Assembly: GCA_964545815.1 (NCBI GenBank)
Contig: CAZJGR010000002.1
Location: forward strand, 1-60,759
Direction: 5' to 3'
Length of the DNA: 60,759 nt
Origin: an uncultured Dehalococcoidaceae bacterium
GTDB taxonomy: Bacteria; Chloroflexota; Dehalococcoidia; Dehalococcoidales; RBG-16-60-22
The position numbers and the translations under genes are program-made. Within the stretch, counting starts at the first letter, position 1; each line of letters begins with the position of its first letter. The notes under the pieces were generated by a model. It worked only from the letters and a program-made list of their open reading frames with translations. It did no database searches and was not told the origin of the DNA. Positions 59,839 through 60,759 of the stretch are shown here, in pieces.

Positions 59839-60156
59839 ATGCCGATTAAGGACCCTGACCTTTACCCGCCCGACTGGTGGCGAATCAGCCTGCAGGAGCG
59901 TGTGAACAGCGGCTGGCGCTGCCGGTTTTGCAGGGCCGAACAGGGAGAACCGCACCCGGTCACCGGCTCCAGAGTAGTCCTGACCGTGGCTCACCTGGAC
60001 CACAACCCGCAAAACAACGACCCGGACAACCTGGCGGCTTTGTGCCAAAAGTGTCATCTGGCCTACGATCAGCAGGAACACCTACACCACGCCGCTCAGA
60101 CCAGGCGAAGAAGGAAAGTGGAAGCCGGGCAACTAGAGCTATTAGAGGCCCCATAG
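59839..60156 (+). CDS. HNH endonuclease (phage packaging-associated type)
   Basis: CRFC...VLTVAHLDHNPQNNDPDNLAALCQKCHLAYD. Trimmed to ATG 59839. Confidence 0.85.
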   Translation: MPIKDPDLYPPDWWRISLQERVNSGWRCRFCRAEQGEPHPVTGSRVVLTVAHLDHNPQNNDPDNLAALCQKCHLAYDQQEHLHHAAQTRRRRKVEAGQLELLEAP

Positions 60157-60220
60157 CTCAAATGGGAGAGCAACGGTCTCCAAAACCGTGAGGTGAGGGT
60201 TCGAGGCCCTCTGTGGGCCG
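60147..60220 (+). tRNA. tRNA-Trp (anticodon CCA)
   Basis: Manual fold gives: D arm GCTC/GAGC; anticodon arm ACGGT-CTCCAAA-ACCGT; variable loop GAGGT; T arm GAGGG-TTCGAGG-CCCTC; G discriminator. The acceptor stem GGCCCCA/TG(T)GGGCC needs one bulged base. Overall close to bacterial tRNA-Trp. Confidence 0.7.
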
Positions 60221-60387
60221 CCTCCTGGCAGGTGGGAAAGTCCGAGGCGTGGCAGCCCTGGGGAATATCGGACAGTATGCAGGAGCCAGCAGACCAATGG
60301 CCAGCACCGAAACCACCCTGGTGACGCAACAGCCAAAAGCGTGACAGGTCGGAGAGACGGCCGCTAAATTACGGAAGGGAGAAACCG

Positions 60388-60759
60388 ATGGAAGCGACTG
60401 AGAAACTTGAGAGGTCATGGGCAATTGTAGAACTGTTTGGCCATCAGAAGATAGCGGGACAGGTAGAGGAGACCTCTATCTTGGGTGGTGGCTTTCTGCG
60501 GGTAGACGTTCCTGGAGATGGGGCAGAGGTCACCTTTACCCGTTTCTACTCGAAAGAAGCGATCTACAGCCTGACCCCTGTCAGCGAGGACGTCGCTCGC
60601 CTGGCGGCCAAAGAACTCCAGACCAGACCTGTCACGGTCTGGATTCCCACGGCCCGTTTCCTGCCCGCCCACCCTACCCTGCCTCCTGCCTGTGCCCCGG
60701 AAGAACTTGATGACTACGAGGAACCTGATGATTACGAGGAGGGCTGGCAATACTACTAC
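60388..60759 (+). CDS. conserved phage protein, 3'-truncated by the window end (>=124 aa)
   Basis: ATG 60388 behind GGAAGGGAG and open to the last base. SWAIVELFGHQKIAGQVEE..GGGFLRVDVP resembles a widespread phage family of unknown function. Acidic DDYEE repeats at the C-terminus. Confidence 0.65.
   Translation, partial: MEATEKLERSWAIVELFGHQKIAGQVEETSILGGGFLRVDVPGDGAEVTFTRFYSKEAIYSLTPVSEDVARLAAKELQTRPVTVWIPTARFLPAHPTLPPACAPEELDDYEEPDDYEEGWQYYY

Noticed and set aside
60221-60387. Second tRNA or RNase-P-like motif (GGGAAAGTCCGAGG) downstream of tRNA-Trp.
   Set aside because: No cloverleaf can be drawn, and the short similarity to the RNase P CR-I box is isolated.

Overview
The window looks like an essentially complete, circularly permuted genome of a G+C-rich temperate, long-tailed (siphovirus-like) phage. 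I recognised no host genes. All family names come from motif recognition by eye, so they are hypotheses until HMM or Rfam searches are run.

Layout:
- (1) 790-15274, minus strand: a long leftward early/lysogeny operon. It carries small Zn-ribbon proteins, a DUF1257/DUF2997-like pair with a classical AAA+ ATPase, a Rad52-like annealing protein, RusA, a sigma-region-4-only protein, a DEDD exonuclease and a tyrosine integrase. A near-consensus extended -10 promoter at 15882-15910 drives it, followed by a ~590-nt ORF-free, tetraloop-rich structured RNA (15292-15875).
- (2) 15911-16390: a noncoding block with tandem 12-mers and ~29-bp periodic direct repeats.
- (3) 16399-23114, minus strand: a second leftward operon starting with a ribbon-helix-helix (RHH) regulator. 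It holds a polytopic membrane protein, paralogous winged-HTH proteins, a membrane-anchored wHTH protein, a soluble FtsK/TraB-like translocase, a DUF488-like protein and a small membrane protein.
- (4) 23115-23290: a divergent consensus-promoter switch.
- (5) 23471-56915, plus strand: the late operon. It holds a ParB-like protein, two paralogous Dam-like methyltransferases flanking holin/TerS/TerL, portal, protease-scaffold, decoration protein, major capsid, connectors, tail tube, -1 frameshifted chaperones, a 2203-aa tape measure, an SLT lysin, a BNR/PKD tail protein and a fibre. A reverse-oriented HNH island interrupts it.
- (6) 56965 to the window end, wrapping to 1-513, plus strand: the replication operon. 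It holds an RHH protein, a lambda-O-like initiator with in-gene iterons, a DnaC-like loader, an HNH endonuclease and tRNA-Trp.

The most unusual signals:
- the large structured RNA at the head of the early operon;
- a pervasive family of nested palindromes (CTGGACTT/AAGTCCAG around CCTGCCTG/CAGGCAGG around CCTACCT-N3-AGGTAGG). It fills intergenic gaps, supplies stop codons and also sits in-frame inside genes;
- the 29-bp periodic repeat block next to the FtsK-like module;
- a minimal CHAT/caspase-like protein in the head module.
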